64,000 bases of DNA from Devosia sp. (GTDB taxonomy: Bacteria > Pseudomonadota > Alphaproteobacteria > Rhizobiales > Devosiaceae), in contig JBDTLB010000083.1 of NCBI GenBank assembly GCA_039934955.1, positions 23,492 through 87,491 of the forward strand. Direction: 5' to 3'. Below, piece after piece: positions 17,629 through 28,135 of this stretch. The notes under the pieces were generated by a model. It did no database searches. It was not told where the DNA came from and saw only the letters and a list, made by a program, of their open reading frames with translations. Each line of letters starts with the position of its first letter. The stretch's first letter is position 1. The translations under genes and the position numbers were made by a program.

Positions 17629-18657
17629 TTAAGCCGCCCTGTCGAGCTCTGCGCGCCATTCGCCGCTCGCCGCCAGCGCATTCATCCGCGCCCGGTGCGC
17701 AAAAGCCTGCTGCGCCGCCGGCACATTGGCGGCCTCCCCGCCCCAGGCGAGAAGCGCCGCATTCTGCAGCGCTCGGCCATAAGAGAAGGTCAGCGCCCAG
17801 GGCAGCGGCCCCATTTGGTTCATGGCGCTCAGATGCGCCGTCGCGGCCTCGTCCGACTGTCCACCGCTGAGGAACGCGATCCCCGGCACGGCCGCCGGCA
17901 CCTGCGCCCGCAACACCTCGATCGTCTTGGCGGCAACTTGGTCGACCGCCACTTTAGCGGCTCGCACGCCTGGCGTCACCATATTGGGCTTGAGCAGCAT
18001 CGCGTCGAGATCGACCCCTGCCAGCCGCAATTCCTTGAACACATTCTCCAGCGTTTCCGCCGTCACTTCGGCGCAGCGCGCCAGCGAATGATCGCCCGGC
18101 TCGCCGTCCGCCAGCACCTCCGGCTCCACCACCGGCACGATCCCGGCCTCCTGGCAGAGCGCCGCATACCGTGCCAGCACATGAGCGTTGGCCCGGATGC
18201 CGTTGCGCGACGGTGCATAATTCGACACCGCGATGACGCCGCGCCATTTGGCAAATTTTGCCCCGAGTTGATGGTAATGTTCGAGGCGCGCCCTGAGGCC
18301 GTCGAGCCCTTCGGTGATTTTCTCGCCCTGCGTCCCCGGCATGGCGAAGGCGCCGCGGTCGACCTTGATCCCGGGCATCACATCGTCCTCGGCAAGCAAC
18401 TCCACGAACGGCGTTCCATCCGCGGCACTCTGCGTCAGCGTCTCTTCAGTGAGGATCACGCCGGAAATGTACTTCGTCATCGCCTCGCGCGAGCGAAACA
18501 GCATCTCGCGATAGTCGCGCCGCGTCTCGAACGTCACCGGCAATCCAATCACCGCGAACCGCTTGGCGATCGTCCCCTCGGATTCATCGGCCGCGAGGAT
18601 CCCCATGCCGGGGGCCACCAGTCTTCGGGCAGTCTCGCTCAAGGTCGTCACGCGCAT
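17629..18657 (-). CDS. Fructose-bisphosphate aldolase class I
   Basis: GILAADES, GIKVD, FAKWR, LLKPNMV, FLSGGQS and FSYGRALQ motifs. Confidence 0.96.
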   Translation of the reverse strand: MRVTTLSETARRLVAPGMGILAADESEGTIAKRFAVIGLPVTFETRRDYREMLFRSREAMTKYISGVILTEETLTQSAADGTPFVELLAEDDVMPGIKVDRGAFAMPGTQGEKITEGLDGLRARLEHYHQLGAKFAKWRGVIAVSNYAPSRNGIRANAHVLARYAALCQEAGIVPVVEPEVLADGEPGDHSLARCAEVTAETLENVFKELRLAGVDLDAMLLKPNMVTPGVRAAKVAVDQVAAKTIEVLRAQVPAAVPGIAFLSGGQSDEAATAHLSAMNQMGPLPWALTFSYGRALQNAALLAWGGEAANVPAAQQAFAHRARMNALAASGEWRAELDRAA

Positions 18658-18814
18658 CTCCGGTTGGACAATTGCGACAGGATAGAGAGCACGGCATCCA
18701 GATCGATTGGCCGTGAGGCGTAGAACGAAAGTCGCAGGATCAGAGCAAAAACCCTATTCATCGCCAGTTCAAGCGACGCCGGGCACTCTTTCATCATCTA
18801 ACGGAAGGAAAACC

Positions 18815-18997
18815 ATGAAAGACCCGCGCATCACCGCCGCGATCAGCCTGATCGGCCTCGTGCTTATCGGCTTGTCGATTTTCTTCAGCCAGGAGGCGCC
18901 GAGCCCGATGCTCGCCATCCTGCAATGGGCGCTTTTGGGCGGCGCGTTCCTTGGCCTCGTCGGCTCGCTGTTCCAGATCGGCCAGAACCGTCGCTAG
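18815..18997 (+). CDS. Small 60-aa two-TM membrane protein
   Basis: RBS AAGGA then [24 protein letters not shown]...; two hydrophobic helices; host-like codon usage. Confidence 0.65.
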   Translation: MKDPRITAAISLIGLVLIGLSIFFSQEAPSPMLAILQWALLGGAFLGLVGSLFQIGQNRR

Positions 18998-20193
18998 CCC
19001 TCCAGCGCCGCTACCCCCGGCAGCGTCTTGCCTTCCATCCATTCGAGGAAGGCGCCACCCGCCGTCGACACATAGGTGAACTCATCCTTCACCCCGGCAT
19101 GCGCCAGGGCCGCCACCGTGTCGCCGCCGCCCGCCACTGAGACCAGCTTCCCTGCCTTGGTCCGTGCCGCCACATATTTGGCGATCTCCGTCGTGCCCGA
19201 GTCGAAAGGCTCGAGTTCGAAAGCCCCGAGCGGCCCATTCCACACCAGCGTCGCCGCTTCGTCGATCGCGGCCTTGATCCGCACGCGCGACTGCGGCCCG
19301 ACATCGAGGATCATACCCGTCGGGTCCATCGCGTCGAGCCCGTAGTTCTGATGCGGCGCATTCGCCGCAAAGGTCCACGCCACCACACCATCGACAGGCA
19401 CGATGATCGCACACCCCGATTTCTGCGCCTTACCTAGAATGGCGTTCACGGTGTCACCCATGTCGTGTTCGGCCAGCGACTTACCGATACCGATGCCTTC
19501 GGCAAGCAGGAACGTGTTCGCCATCGCTCCGCCGATCACCAGCGCATCGACTCGACTGACCAGGTTTTCGAGCAGTTCCAGCTTGGTCGAAACCTTCGCG
19601 CCGCCCACCACGGCAATCACCGGCCGCTTGGGATTGCCGAGCCCGGCTTCGAGCGCCTTGAGTTCCGCCTCCATCGCGAGGCCCGCCGCCGACGGCAGCA
19701 GATGCGCGATGCCCTCGGTCGAAGCGTGCGCCCGGTGCGCCGCCGAGAACGCGTCGTTGATGTAGATATCACCCAGCGACGACATGCGCTGCGCCAGCGC
19801 CGGATCGTTCTCTTCCTCGCCCGGATGGAACCGTGTGTTCTCGAGCACCAGGATCGAGCCATCCGGCGCGTCGTCGATCGCCTCGCCGGCCAGTTGCACA
19901 TTGGTCCAGTCGGTATCGATGAAGCCAACCGGGTGTCCCGTCGCCTCGACGATCGCCGGCACCACCTGCTCAAGCGAAAACGCCTTGTCGACCTTGCCCT
20001 TCGGCCGCCCGAAATGGCTGATCAGGATCGCCTTGCCGCCCGCCTTGATGATCTCACGGATTGTCGGCACCACCCGCTCGATGCGGGTCGCATCTGTCAC
20101 CTTGCCGTCCTGCACCGGCACATTCAGGTCGACCCGCAGCAGCACCCGCTTACCGGCAAAATCCATGCCTTCGATGGTTCTGACACTCGCCAT
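18994..20193 (-). CDS. pgk: Phosphoglycerate kinase
   Basis: [21 protein letters not shown] and STAGGAFLE motifs. Confidence 0.97.
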   Translation of the reverse strand: MASVRTIEGMDFAGKRVLLRVDLNVPVQDGKVTDATRIERVVPTIREIIKAGGKAILISHFGRPKGKVDKAFSLEQVVPAIVEATGHPVGFIDTDWTNVQLAGEAIDDAPDGSILVLENTRFHPGEEENDPALAQRMSSLGDIYINDAFSAAHRAHASTEGIAHLLPSAAGLAMEAELKALEAGLGNPKRPVIAVVGGAKVSTKLELLENLVSRVDALVIGGAMANTFLLAEGIGIGKSLAEHDMGDTVNAILGKAQKSGCAIIVPVDGVVAWTFAANAPHQNYGLDAMDPTGMILDVGPQSRVRIKAAIDEAATLVWNGPLGAFELEPFDSGTTEIAKYVAARTKAGKLVSVAGGGDTVAALAHAGVKDEFTYVSTAGGAFLEWMEGKTLPGVAALEG

Positions 20194-20277
20194 GATGCTG
20201 CTACTCCACTGCTGCGCGGCCTCAATAGACCACAGCCCCGCTCCGGCGAAAGCGGAAATCTCCGCTTCATGCAAAAC

Positions 20278-20308
20278 AAAAGGCCCCGCTTGCGCAGGGC
20301 CTTTTTTT
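20278..20308. terminator. Terminator-like hairpin after gap
   Basis: AAAAGGCCCCGC-TTGC-GCAGGGCCTTTTTTT. Confidence 0.7.
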
Positions 20309-20324
20309 ATTCATTCGAGCTGAC

Positions 20325-21332
20325 CTACAGCGTCTTCGCGAACGCCGCCGTCACATCGCACATGCGGTTGGAGAACCCCCACTCATTGTCGTACCAGCCG
20401 AGGATGTTGACGAAGTCGCCATCCATGACCTTGGTCTGGTCGAGCAGGATCGTTGCCGAATGCGGATCGTGGTTGAGGTCGGATGACACCAGCGGGTGCC
20501 GCGTGAACGTCATGATGCCCTTGAGCTTGCCTTCCGACGCAGCGATCAGCGCTTCGTTGACCTCCTGCGGCGTGGTCTTGCGCTTGGCCTGGAACTTCAG
20601 GTCGACCAGCGACACATTCGGCGTCGGCACGCGAATGGAGATGCCGTCGAGCCGGCCCTTCAGTTCCGGCATCACCAGCCCGATCGCCTTGGCGGCGCCG
20701 GTCGAGGTCGGGATCATGCTTAGCGCCGCGGCGCGGGCGCGGTAGAGGTCCTTGTGCATCGTGTCGAGCGTCGGCTGGTCGCCGGTATAGGAATGGATGG
20801 TCGTCATCATCCCCTTTTCGATGCCGACCAGCTCATTCATGATCAGCGCCATTGGCGCGAGGCAGTTGGTGGTGCATGAGCCATTTGAGATGACGATGTG
20901 CTCTTTGCTGAGCTTGTCGTGATTGATGCCGTAGACCACCGTGAAGTCGGCGCCTTCGGCCGGGGCTGACACGATCACCTTCTTGGCGCCGGCCTTCAGA
21001 TGCGCCGAGGCCTTTTCCTTGCTGGTGAAAATGCCCGTGCATTCGAGCACGATCTCGACACCGAGCTCCTTGTGCGGCAACTCGGCCGGGTCCCTCACGG
21101 CCGTCACCTTGAACGGTTTGGCGCCGGCGGTGATCATGTCGCCATCGACCGTCACCTCATGCGGGAATTTCCCATGCACGCTGTCGTAGCGGAGCAAATG
21201 CGCGTTGGTCTCAACCGGGCCGAGATCGTTGACGGCCACCACCTCGATATCGGTTCGGCCCGACTCGATGATCGAGCGGTAGATATTCCGCCCGATGCGG
21301 CCAAAGCCATTGATTGCGACGCGAACAGCCAT
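20325..21332 (-). CDS. gap: Glyceraldehyde-3-phosphate dehydrogenase
   Basis: [15 protein letters not shown] and WYDNEWGF motifs. Confidence 0.98.
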   Translation of the reverse strand: MAVRVAINGFGRIGRNIYRSIIESGRTDIEVVAVNDLGPVETNAHLLRYDSVHGKFPHEVTVDGDMITAGAKPFKVTAVRDPAELPHKELGVEIVLECTGIFTSKEKASAHLKAGAKKVIVSAPAEGADFTVVYGINHDKLSKEHIVISNGSCTTNCLAPMALIMNELVGIEKGMMTTIHSYTGDQPTLDTMHKDLYRARAAALSMIPTSTGAAKAIGLVMPELKGRLDGISIRVPTPNVSLVDLKFQAKRKTTPQEVNEALIAASEGKLKGIMTFTRHPLVSSDLNHDPHSATILLDQTKVMDGDFVNILGWYDNEWGFSNRMCDVTAAFAKTL

Positions 21333-21368
21333 GATGGCTCCTTAGGACTTCAAAGGGGATTGCGGCTC

Positions 21369-23348
21369 TTACAACTGCGCCGTGACGGCTTCAACTACGC
21401 CGTTGGGCGTAATGCCGAAATACTCATAGAGCTGCTCGGCCGGGCCGCTGGCGCCGAACGAATGCATGCCGACGAAATGCCCTTTCTCGCCCAGCAGTTT
21501 CTGCCAACTGAGACCGATCCCGGCTTCGATCGCCACCCGCGCCTTCGGCGTGCCGATCACGCTTGCGCGATATTCGGGCGTCTGCGCCTCGAACAGTTCG
21601 AGCGACGGCACCGAGATGACTTTGGTGGAGATGCCCTTGGCCTTGAGCAGCGCCAGCGCATCGACCGCGATGGCGACTTCCGACCCGGTGGCGAAGATCA
21701 CCGCATCGGCCTTGTCGTCGCCGGCAATTTTGTAGCCGCCTTTTGCGCTCAGGTTTTCCTTCACATAGTCCACGCGCAGCGTTGGCAAATTCTGGCGGCT
21801 GAGCGCCAGGATCGATGGCCGGTTGCTGGTCTCGAGCGCGATCTGCCAACACTCGAGCGTCTCGACCGCGTCGGCCGGGCGCAGCACCAGCAGATGCGGG
21901 ATCGCCCGCAGCGCCGCCACCTGTTCCACCGGCTGGTGCGTCGGCCCGTCCTCCCCCAGTCCGATCGAATCGTGCGTCATCACATAGATAACGCGCTGCT
22001 CCATGATCGCGCTCAGCCGGATTGCCGGGCGGGCGTAGTCGGTGAACACCAGGAACGTACCGCCATAAGGGATCAGCCCTTTGTGCAGCGCCATCCCGTT
22101 CATGATCGCCGCCATACCGTGCTCGCGGATGCCGTAGCGCATGTAGCGCCCGGTGCGGTCGGTCTCGGTGAACGGCAGCGTCTGCGTCGTGTTGGTGAAG
22201 TTCGAGCCGGTGAGGTCCGCCGAGCCGCCGATCGTTTCGGGGAGCACGCCATTGATCACCTCGAGCGCCATCTGGCTCGATTTGCGTGAGGCGACCTTCG
22301 GTTTGTCGACGCTGAGCTTTTGCTTGAAGGCGTCGAGCGCTGCTGCGTAGCCGGCCGGGAACGTGCCTGCCAGCCGGCGCTGGAACTCATTGCGCCGCGC
22401 TGTGTCTAGTCCGGCAAGATGCCCCTGCCAGGCACCATACTCATTGGCCGACCGCGTCCCCGCGGCGCGCCAGGCGTCCAGTGTCTCGGTCGGAATTTCG
22501 AACGGCGGATACGTGATGCCCAAATTCTTCTTGGCGGCAGCGAGTTCGTCCTTGCCGAGCGGCGATCCGTGCACCTTCTCAGTGCCCTCCTTGGTCGGCG
22601 CGCCGAAGCCGATCGTGGTTCGCGCCGCAATCAGTAGCGGCCTTGTGCTCTTGCGCGCATCGCTCAGCGCTTTCTCGACTGCGGCCTGGTCGTGGCCATC
22701 GATGGCGACGGTGTTCCACCCCGACGCTTCAAACCGCTTAAGCTGGTCGGTCGAGTCAGCGTTCGACACGTGTCCGTCGATGGTGATGCCGTTATTGTCC
22801 CAGATCAGGGTTAGCTTGTTGAGATTGAGGTGTCCGGCGAGCGAGATCGCCTCCTGCGAAATCCCCTCCATCAGGCAGCCATCGCCGCACAGGCACCAGG
22901 TATGGTGGTCGACCACGTCCTTGCCGAACTCGGACGCGAGCTTCGCTTCGGCAATCGCCATCCCGACCGCGTTGGCAATGCCCTGACCGAGCGGACCGGT
23001 GGTCGTCTCGATCCCCTTGAGGTACCCGTGCTCAGGGTGGCCTGCGGTCTTGCTGCCGAGTTGCCGGAACATCTTGATCTGGTCGATCGTCGCATCCTCG
23101 TAACCCAGCAGATAGAGCGAGGAGTAGAGCAGCATCGAGCCATGCCCGGCCGATAGGACGAAACGATCCCGATCCGGCCATTCCGGATCCTTCGGGTCGA
23201 ACTTCATGACTTTCGTAAACAACACCGTCGCGATATCGGCGCAGCCCATCGGCAGGCCGGGGTGGCCCGAATTGGCCTTCTCGACGGCGTCCATCGAGAG
23301 GGAGCGAATGGCATTCGCCATTGCGTCGGCGGTCTTTGAATTGGTCAT
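21369..23348 (-). CDS. tkt: Transketolase
   Basis: [21 protein letters not shown] and GEDGPTHQP motifs. Confidence 0.98.
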   Translation of the reverse strand: MTNSKTADAMANAIRSLSMDAVEKANSGHPGLPMGCADIATVLFTKVMKFDPKDPEWPDRDRFVLSAGHGSMLLYSSLYLLGYEDATIDQIKMFRQLGSKTAGHPEHGYLKGIETTTGPLGQGIANAVGMAIAEAKLASEFGKDVVDHHTWCLCGDGCLMEGISQEAISLAGHLNLNKLTLIWDNNGITIDGHVSNADSTDQLKRFEASGWNTVAIDGHDQAAVEKALSDARKSTRPLLIAARTTIGFGAPTKEGTEKVHGSPLGKDELAAAKKNLGITYPPFEIPTETLDAWRAAGTRSANEYGAWQGHLAGLDTARRNEFQRRLAGTFPAGYAAALDAFKQKLSVDKPKVASRKSSQMALEVINGVLPETIGGSADLTGSNFTNTTQTLPFTETDRTGRYMRYGIREHGMAAIMNGMALHKGLIPYGGTFLVFTDYARPAIRLSAIMEQRVIYVMTHDSIGLGEDGPTHQPVEQVAALRAIPHLLVLRPADAVETLECWQIALETSNRPSILALSRQNLPTLRVDYVKENLSAKGGYKIAGDDKADAVIFATGSEVAIAVDALALLKAKGISTKVISVPSLELFEAQTPEYRASVIGTPKARVAIEAGIGLSWQKLLGEKGHFVGMHSFGASGPAEQLYEYFGITPNGVVEAVTAQL

Positions 23349-23479
23349 GAAATCCGCTCGTTTCCTGAGTTTTTCGAGGCTTTTTGAAGCGGCAATTGGC
23401 TTAACAGGTTCGCTTTGCCTGTCAATGACAGCGCTCTATACTGCGGCTGGCGGGAGTCGTGGGATTTGCGGGCGGACCA

Positions 23480-23743
23480 ATGAGCGATATCGACGAAACC
23501 TCTGAGCGGCTCGACCGGGCCTTGCACCGGCTCGAAGCCAGCGTGCGCAGCCTTAATGGCCGCATGCGCACCCACGCCCGCATCGAAGCCGACACGCAGA
23601 AACTGCTCGCCGAACGGGCGCGCTTTGCCGCCGATCTCGACAAGGCCAGCGCCAAGGCCAAGCGCCTCGACGACGCCTCGGCCGAAGTCGCCCGCCGGCT
23701 CGTCACCGCCATGGAGACCGTCAACGATGTACTGGCGAAATAA
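23480..23743 (+). CDS. DUF4164-like coiled-coil protein upstream of zapA
   Basis: Short coiled-coil protein in the conserved tkt / DUF4164-zapA arrangement. Confidence 0.75.
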   Translation: MSDIDETSERLDRALHRLEASVRSLNGRMRTHARIEADTQKLLAERARFAADLDKASAKAKRLDDASAEVARRLVTAMETVNDVLAK

Positions 23744-23761
23744 TGCCTGAGGTCCAAAACA

Positions 23762-24139
23762 ATGCCTGAGGTAAGTGTCGAAATCGGCGGCAAGAAATAC
23801 CGCATGGCCTGTGAGGAGGGCGAGGAAGCCCATCTGCTCGACCTTGCTGATCGCTTCAACCGCACCGTCGACAAGCTCAAGGGCGGCTTTGGCGAGATCG
23901 GCGACAACCGGCTGATCGTCATGGCTGGCATCGCGGTGCTCGACGAACTGGCCGAAGCTGAGCGACGGATCGACGCCCTGAAGGACGACATCGTCGAACT
24001 CACCAGCGCCGGCCGCGAACTGACGCTCGAAGCCGAGGAGCTCGAGCAGAAATTCGCCCGCCGCCTCGCCGAGGCGGCCAGAAAGATCGAATCCATCGCC
24101 ACCGCCATCGACGAAACCGGGGCGCCGACCGCGACTTAA
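23762..24139 (+). CDS. zapA: Cell division protein ZapA
   Basis: IGGKKYRMACEEGEEAHL and GDNRLIVMAG motifs; upstream of 6S RNA. Confidence 0.9.
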   Translation: MPEVSVEIGGKKYRMACEEGEEAHLLDLADRFNRTVDKLKGGFGEIGDNRLIVMAGIAVLDELAEAERRIDALKDDIVELTSAGRELTLEAEELEQKFARRLAEAARKIESIATAIDETGAPTAT

Positions 24140-24143
24140 GTCC

Positions 24144-24239
24144 GCGGTTGGCCGTACGAGCCCACTTGGGATCGCACGGACAGAGCAGAAAGAAAGCGGT
24201 TGGCCGAACGAGCCCGCTTGGGATCGGTGGGCCCAGAGC
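24144..24239. repeat. Tandem array of 2 palindromic units (family A, locus 2)
   Basis: GCGGTTGGCCG.ACGAGCCC.CTTGGGATCG....CAGAGC at 24144 and 24196, a 52-bp period. Confidence 0.8.
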
Positions 24240-24284
24240 CGTAAGGAATGACCGCTAGCGGTCCGCCCAACGCTCCGATCCGGT

Positions 24285-24313
24285 TTGCCCTTCCCCCGCA
24301 TCGCGCCTATATT
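24285..24313 (+). promoter_or_regulatory. Sigma70-type promoter of ssrS
   Basis: TTGCCC-N17-TATATT. Confidence 0.6.
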
Positions 24314-24315
24314 AG

Positions 24316-24468
24316 GGTGCTGCCCGGTGCGTGCGGACCATCACATCCCCGGGGCCTTATCGATCCTTAAGGGAGCTGTCCCTGACCAGACCCGTGGGTT
24401 TGGACACACGGCACCCACCTACGTAAGTAGGTTCCCGGGATCGAATGTCCCACGGCCAGGGCGGCACC
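24316..24468 (+). ncRNA. ssrS: 6S RNA
   Basis: Terminal pairing GGTGCTGCCC / GGGCGGCACC, internal TCCCCGGGGCC / GGTTCCCGGGA stem, about 153 nt; classic zapA-ssrS-ygfA synteny. Confidence 0.88.
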
Positions 24469-24482
24469 TGATTCTGGAGCCC

Positions 24483-24570
24483 GATCCGGAAAAGTCGCAG
24501 GCTTTTCCGGATCGATGGTGCCAGCAGCAAGAGTGCGGGCAAGGGTCCGATTGAGAAAGCGGAACCTTGC
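24483..24570. repeat. Two-hairpin palindromic element (family B, copy 2)
   Basis: GATCCGGAAAAG-TCGCAGG-CTTTTCCGGATC perfect 12-bp inverted repeat, then a GCAAGG...CCTTGC hairpin; core resembles 13842-13864. Confidence 0.65.
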
Positions 24571-24585
24571 GATGGCGGAGGACAC

Positions 24586-25176
24586 GTGACGGATCCGAAG
24601 GTCGAAGAGGCAAAGGCCGCGTTGCGGCTTAAAGCCCACACCGCCCGTGCCGCGATCCTCAATTCCACCCGCGCCGCGGCAGCCAAGTCCGTTGCCGAGC
24701 ATTTCTTCAAATCCGTGCCGCTGAAGCCACATGAGATTGTCGCGGGCTATTGGCGCATCAAAGACGAGATGGACTGCCAGCCCATCCTGATCCGCCTGAT
24801 GGACTCATTCCAGCCGGTCTGCCTGCCTGTCGTCCTCGGCGATGAATTGCCGCTAGAATTGCGCCTCTGGGAGCAGGGCACGGCGCTCTACGAAGCCGGC
24901 TTCGGCACCCTCGCCCCTTCGGAACTCGCCCCGCAGGTGGAGCCCGACATCATCATCATGCCGCTGCTTGGCTTCGATGCCCGCGGCACCCGCCTCGGCT
25001 ATGGTGGCGGCTATTACGACCGCACCCTCGGCAAGCTTGGCAAACGATCGCGCCTCGTCGGCATCGCCTTTGCCGCGCAGGAGATCGACACCATTCCGCG
25101 CGAGGCCCACGACATCCCGCTCGATATGATTGTCACCGAACAGGGCGCCCGCAGCTTCGAGACCACACCGGAATGA
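24586..25176 (+). CDS. ygfA: 5-formyltetrahydrofolate cyclo-ligase
   Basis: PLLGFD..G.RLGYGGGYYDRT and HDIPLD motifs. Confidence 0.95.
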   Translation: MTDPKVEEAKAALRLKAHTARAAILNSTRAAAAKSVAEHFFKSVPLKPHEIVAGYWRIKDEMDCQPILIRLMDSFQPVCLPVVLGDELPLELRLWEQGTALYEAGFGTLAPSELAPQVEPDIIIMPLLGFDARGTRLGYGGGYYDRTLGKLGKRSRLVGIAFAAQEIDTIPREAHDIPLDMIVTEQGARSFETTPE

Positions 25177-25988
25177 GACTATTGTTCCTCGGCGACGTCG
25201 TCGGCCGCGCCGGCCGCGACGCCATCACCGACCGCCTGCCGGGCCTGATCACCGACTACAAGCTCGATTTCGTCACAATCAATGGCGAAAACGCCAGCCA
25301 TGGCCGTGGCTTAACCGAGAGCCACTACGCCGAGCTCCGCGCCGCCGGCGCTGACGCCGTAACGCTCGGCGATCACTCCTGGGACCAGCGCGACACCCTC
25401 ACCTATATCGGCCGCGAACCGACGCTGATCCGACCGGTCAATTATGCCCCGGGCACGCCCGGCCGCGGCGCCAATCTGATCGAAGGCCGCAATGGCCACC
25501 GCGTGCTGGTGATCAACGCGCAGGGCCGCGTTTTCATGGATCCGGTGGACGACCCGTTCCGCGCCGTCGAGGCCGCCATCGCCGCCTGTCCCCTCGGCGA
25601 GCAGGCGGACGCGATCATGGTCGATTTCCATACTGAGGCGACGTCCGAGATCCAGGCCATGGGCTTCTTCCTCGATGGCCGTGCCAGCCTCGTCGTCGGC
25701 ACCCACACGCACATCCCCACCGCAGACGCCCGTATCCTCAAATCTGGCACCGCCCTGATGGCCGACGCAGGCATGTGCGGGGACTACAATTCGGTGATCG
25801 GCGTCGACGCCGAAGAACCGCTGAACCGCTTCCTCACCGGCATTGCGAGCGGCCGATTCATCCCGGCCGAAGGCCAGGCGACCCTCTGCGGCGTCGCCAT
25901 CGAAACCGACGCAAAAACTGGGCTCGCCACCAAGGTCAGTCCGGTGCGGATCGGCGGCAGCCTAAGCCAGGCGCTCCCCTTCGCCTGA
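25173..25988 (+). CDS. YmdB/TIGR00282 metallophosphoesterase
   Basis: LFLGDVVG, NGEN, DFHTEATSE, VGTHTH and GMCG motifs. Confidence 0.93.
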   Translation: MRLLFLGDVVGRAGRDAITDRLPGLITDYKLDFVTINGENASHGRGLTESHYAELRAAGADAVTLGDHSWDQRDTLTYIGREPTLIRPVNYAPGTPGRGANLIEGRNGHRVLVINAQGRVFMDPVDDPFRAVEAAIAACPLGEQADAIMVDFHTEATSEIQAMGFFLDGRASLVVGTHTHIPTADARILKSGTALMADAGMCGDYNSVIGVDAEEPLNRFLTGIASGRFIPAEGQATLCGVAIETDAKTGLATKVSPVRIGGSLSQALPFA

Positions 25989-25996
25989 GCCACCGC

Positions 25997-26182
25997 TCAG
26001 AACTTGAATGCCGACGCAGCCGCCGATTTGCTCTTCTGCTTGCTCTCAATCGCCGCCTTGAGCCGCGCGATCTCTGCTTCGAGCAGGCCGATCCGGTCCG
26101 TCAGCTCGTCCACCGACATCGCGTCGAGCACCATCCCGAGCTCATGCGGCTTGGGTTTTTTCGGCCGATCATCGTCGAACAT
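25997..26182 (-). CDS. DUF1192 family protein
   Basis: SVDELTDRIGLLEAEIARL...AASAFKF. Confidence 0.85.
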   Translation of the reverse strand: MFDDDRPKKPKPHELGMVLDAMSVDELTDRIGLLEAEIARLKAAIESKQKSKSAAASAFKF

Positions 26183-26264
26183 CTGAGCGCTCCTCGCAGC
26201 CATATTTCGGCCAGTCTACCGCCCTGAGCTTGCCGAGCAAGTCGCCTTCGGCCTAACTCACGCC

Positions 26265-27278
26265 ATGTCACTCCCCGCCAAGATGTCCGCCATCATCGCT
26301 TCCGCTCCCGGCGGTCCCGATGTGCTCGCTCTCGCCACCCTCTCTGTCCCCGAGCCAAAGCCCGGCGAAGTGCTGATCCGCGTCGCCGCCGCCGGCATCA
26401 ATGTGCCCGATCTCGCGCAGCGCCGCGGCGACTACCCGCCGCCGCCCGGCGCATCGCCTCTCCTCGGCCTTGAAGTGTCGGGCGAAATCGCCGTGGCCGC
26501 AGGCGATTGGCACCTTGGCGACAAAGTCGTCGCACTCTGCAATGGCGGTGGCTATGCCGAATACGTCGCCGTCCCCGCCGGTCAAGTTCTTCCCGCGCCC
26601 GCCAGCTGGGCGCTGGTCGACGCCGCTGCACTGCCCGAGACTTGGTTCACCATCACCCAGACCCTCGTGATGCGCGCCGGCCTAGCGTCCGGCATGAGTG
26701 TCCTGATCACCGGCGCGGCCGGCGGCATTGGCGGCGCCGCGATCCAGATCGCCAAACTCCTTGGCGCCGATCCAATCGCGCTGGTCTCGTCCACCGATAA
26801 GGCCAACTACACCCTTAGCCTTGGCGCCCGCGCCGCCATCCGCCACGATACCGAAGACGTCTTGGTCCGCGTGCGCGAACTGACCGGCGGCAAGGGCGTC
26901 GATCGCGTCGTCGATATGGTGGGCGGCGACACGACGCGCCGCAACATCGATGCGCTCGCCCGCTTCGGTCATCTCGTCCTGGTGTCGACCCTCAGCGACC
27001 GCAATGCCGCCCTGCCTCTCAACAAGCTCGTCGGCAACCAACTGACCGTCTCGGGCTCGACCCTTCGCCCGCAGACCTCCGAGACCAAAGCGGCGATCGC
27101 CGCCCATCTGCGCCAACACCTCTGGCCGGCGTTGTCCGACCCAGCGCTGCCCCACCCGAAAGTCCGGCGTTTCCCGCTGGCCGGGGCGGCCGCAGCCCAC
27201 CGGGTGATGGAGGACCGCGCCAGCTTCGGCAAGCTCGTGCTCGTGACAGATTTCGGATCGCTGGCGGGAAATCGTTGA
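26265..27278 (+). CDS. NAD(P)H:quinone oxidoreductase (PIG3/Qor family)
   Basis: YPPPPGAS.LLGLE, GGYAEY and GAAGGIG motifs. Confidence 0.9.
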   Translation: MSLPAKMSAIIASAPGGPDVLALATLSVPEPKPGEVLIRVAAAGINVPDLAQRRGDYPPPPGASPLLGLEVSGEIAVAAGDWHLGDKVVALCNGGGYAEYVAVPAGQVLPAPASWALVDAAALPETWFTITQTLVMRAGLASGMSVLITGAAGGIGGAAIQIAKLLGADPIALVSSTDKANYTLSLGARAAIRHDTEDVLVRVRELTGGKGVDRVVDMVGGDTTRRNIDALARFGHLVLVSTLSDRNAALPLNKLVGNQLTVSGSTLRPQTSETKAAIAAHLRQHLWPALSDPALPHPKVRRFPLAGAAAAHRVMEDRASFGKLVLVTDFGSLAGNR

Positions 27279-27303
27279 AAATCCGCCTTCGAACCCGTAT
27301 ATT
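27275..27303 (+). promoter_or_regulatory. Sigma70-type promoter of the DUF1013 gene
   Basis: TTGAAA-N17-TATATT. Confidence 0.6.
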
Positions 27304-27385
27304 GCCGCTATTCCCCCTTTAGCATTGTGCCAAAAGGCGGGGCGTGCCGGTGGAAACCCGGCCGCACCGGAAAGCGAGATTTATC

Positions 27386-28111
27386 ATGGCTACGACCCTG
27401 TTGATGCCCAAGGCGACCGCCGTTTGGCTGGTCGACAACACCTCCCTGAGCTTCGAGCAGATCGCGGCCTTCTGTGGATTGCATCCCCTTGAAGTGCAGG
27501 GCGTCGCCGATGGCGACGTTGCTGGCGGCATCATGGGGGTGAATCCGATCCAGAACGGTCAGTTGACCCGCGAAGAGATCGAAAAAGCCGAGGGCGACAC
27601 GGAGTACCGCATGAAGGTCTCCGATCCCAAAGTTCGCGTCGTCGCCGCCAAGCGCAAAGGCCCGCGCTACACCCCGATTTCGCGCCGCAATGAGCGCCCC
27701 AACGCCATTCGTTGGCTCCTGCGCAACCATCCCGAGCTCAAGGACGCGCAGATCATGCGCCTCGTCGGCACCACCAAATCGACCATCGATTCGGTGCGCG
27801 AGAACACCCATTGGAATTCGACCAACATCCAGCCGATGGATCCGGTGACGCTCGGCCTCTGCTCACAGATCGATCTCGATCTCGAAGTGAAGCGCGCCTC
27901 CAAGGGCGTCGCGTCGCCGGATGAAGCCGATCAGGGCACCATGCTGCTCACCGCCGAAGAAGCCATGGCGTCCTCGGGCGGCCGCACCGGCACCACCATC
28001 GACCGCGTGAACGCTGAGGGCAATCACCGCCCCGAGCACGAGGAAGGCATCGACGCCGATTCCGTCTTCGCAAAGCTCAAATCGGTCAAGAGCGACACCG
28101 CCGAGCAATAG
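27386..28111 (+). CDS. DUF1013 family protein (TrcR-like cell-cycle transcription factor)
   Basis: LMPKATAVWLVDNTSL, GPRYTP and DPVTLGLCSQ motifs. Confidence 0.9.
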   Translation: MATTLLMPKATAVWLVDNTSLSFEQIAAFCGLHPLEVQGVADGDVAGGIMGVNPIQNGQLTREEIEKAEGDTEYRMKVSDPKVRVVAAKRKGPRYTPISRRNERPNAIRWLLRNHPELKDAQIMRLVGTTKSTIDSVRENTHWNSTNIQPMDPVTLGLCSQIDLDLEVKRASKGVASPDEADQGTMLLTAEEAMASSGGRTGTTIDRVNAEGNHRPEHEEGIDADSVFAKLKSVKSDTAEQ

Positions 28112-28135
28112 GCTCGCCAACCGCAGGGGAGGTTC

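Noticed and set aside
24285-24732. Several short ORFs over the ssrS region
   Set aside because: Explained by 6S RNA, the repeat hairpins and ygfA.
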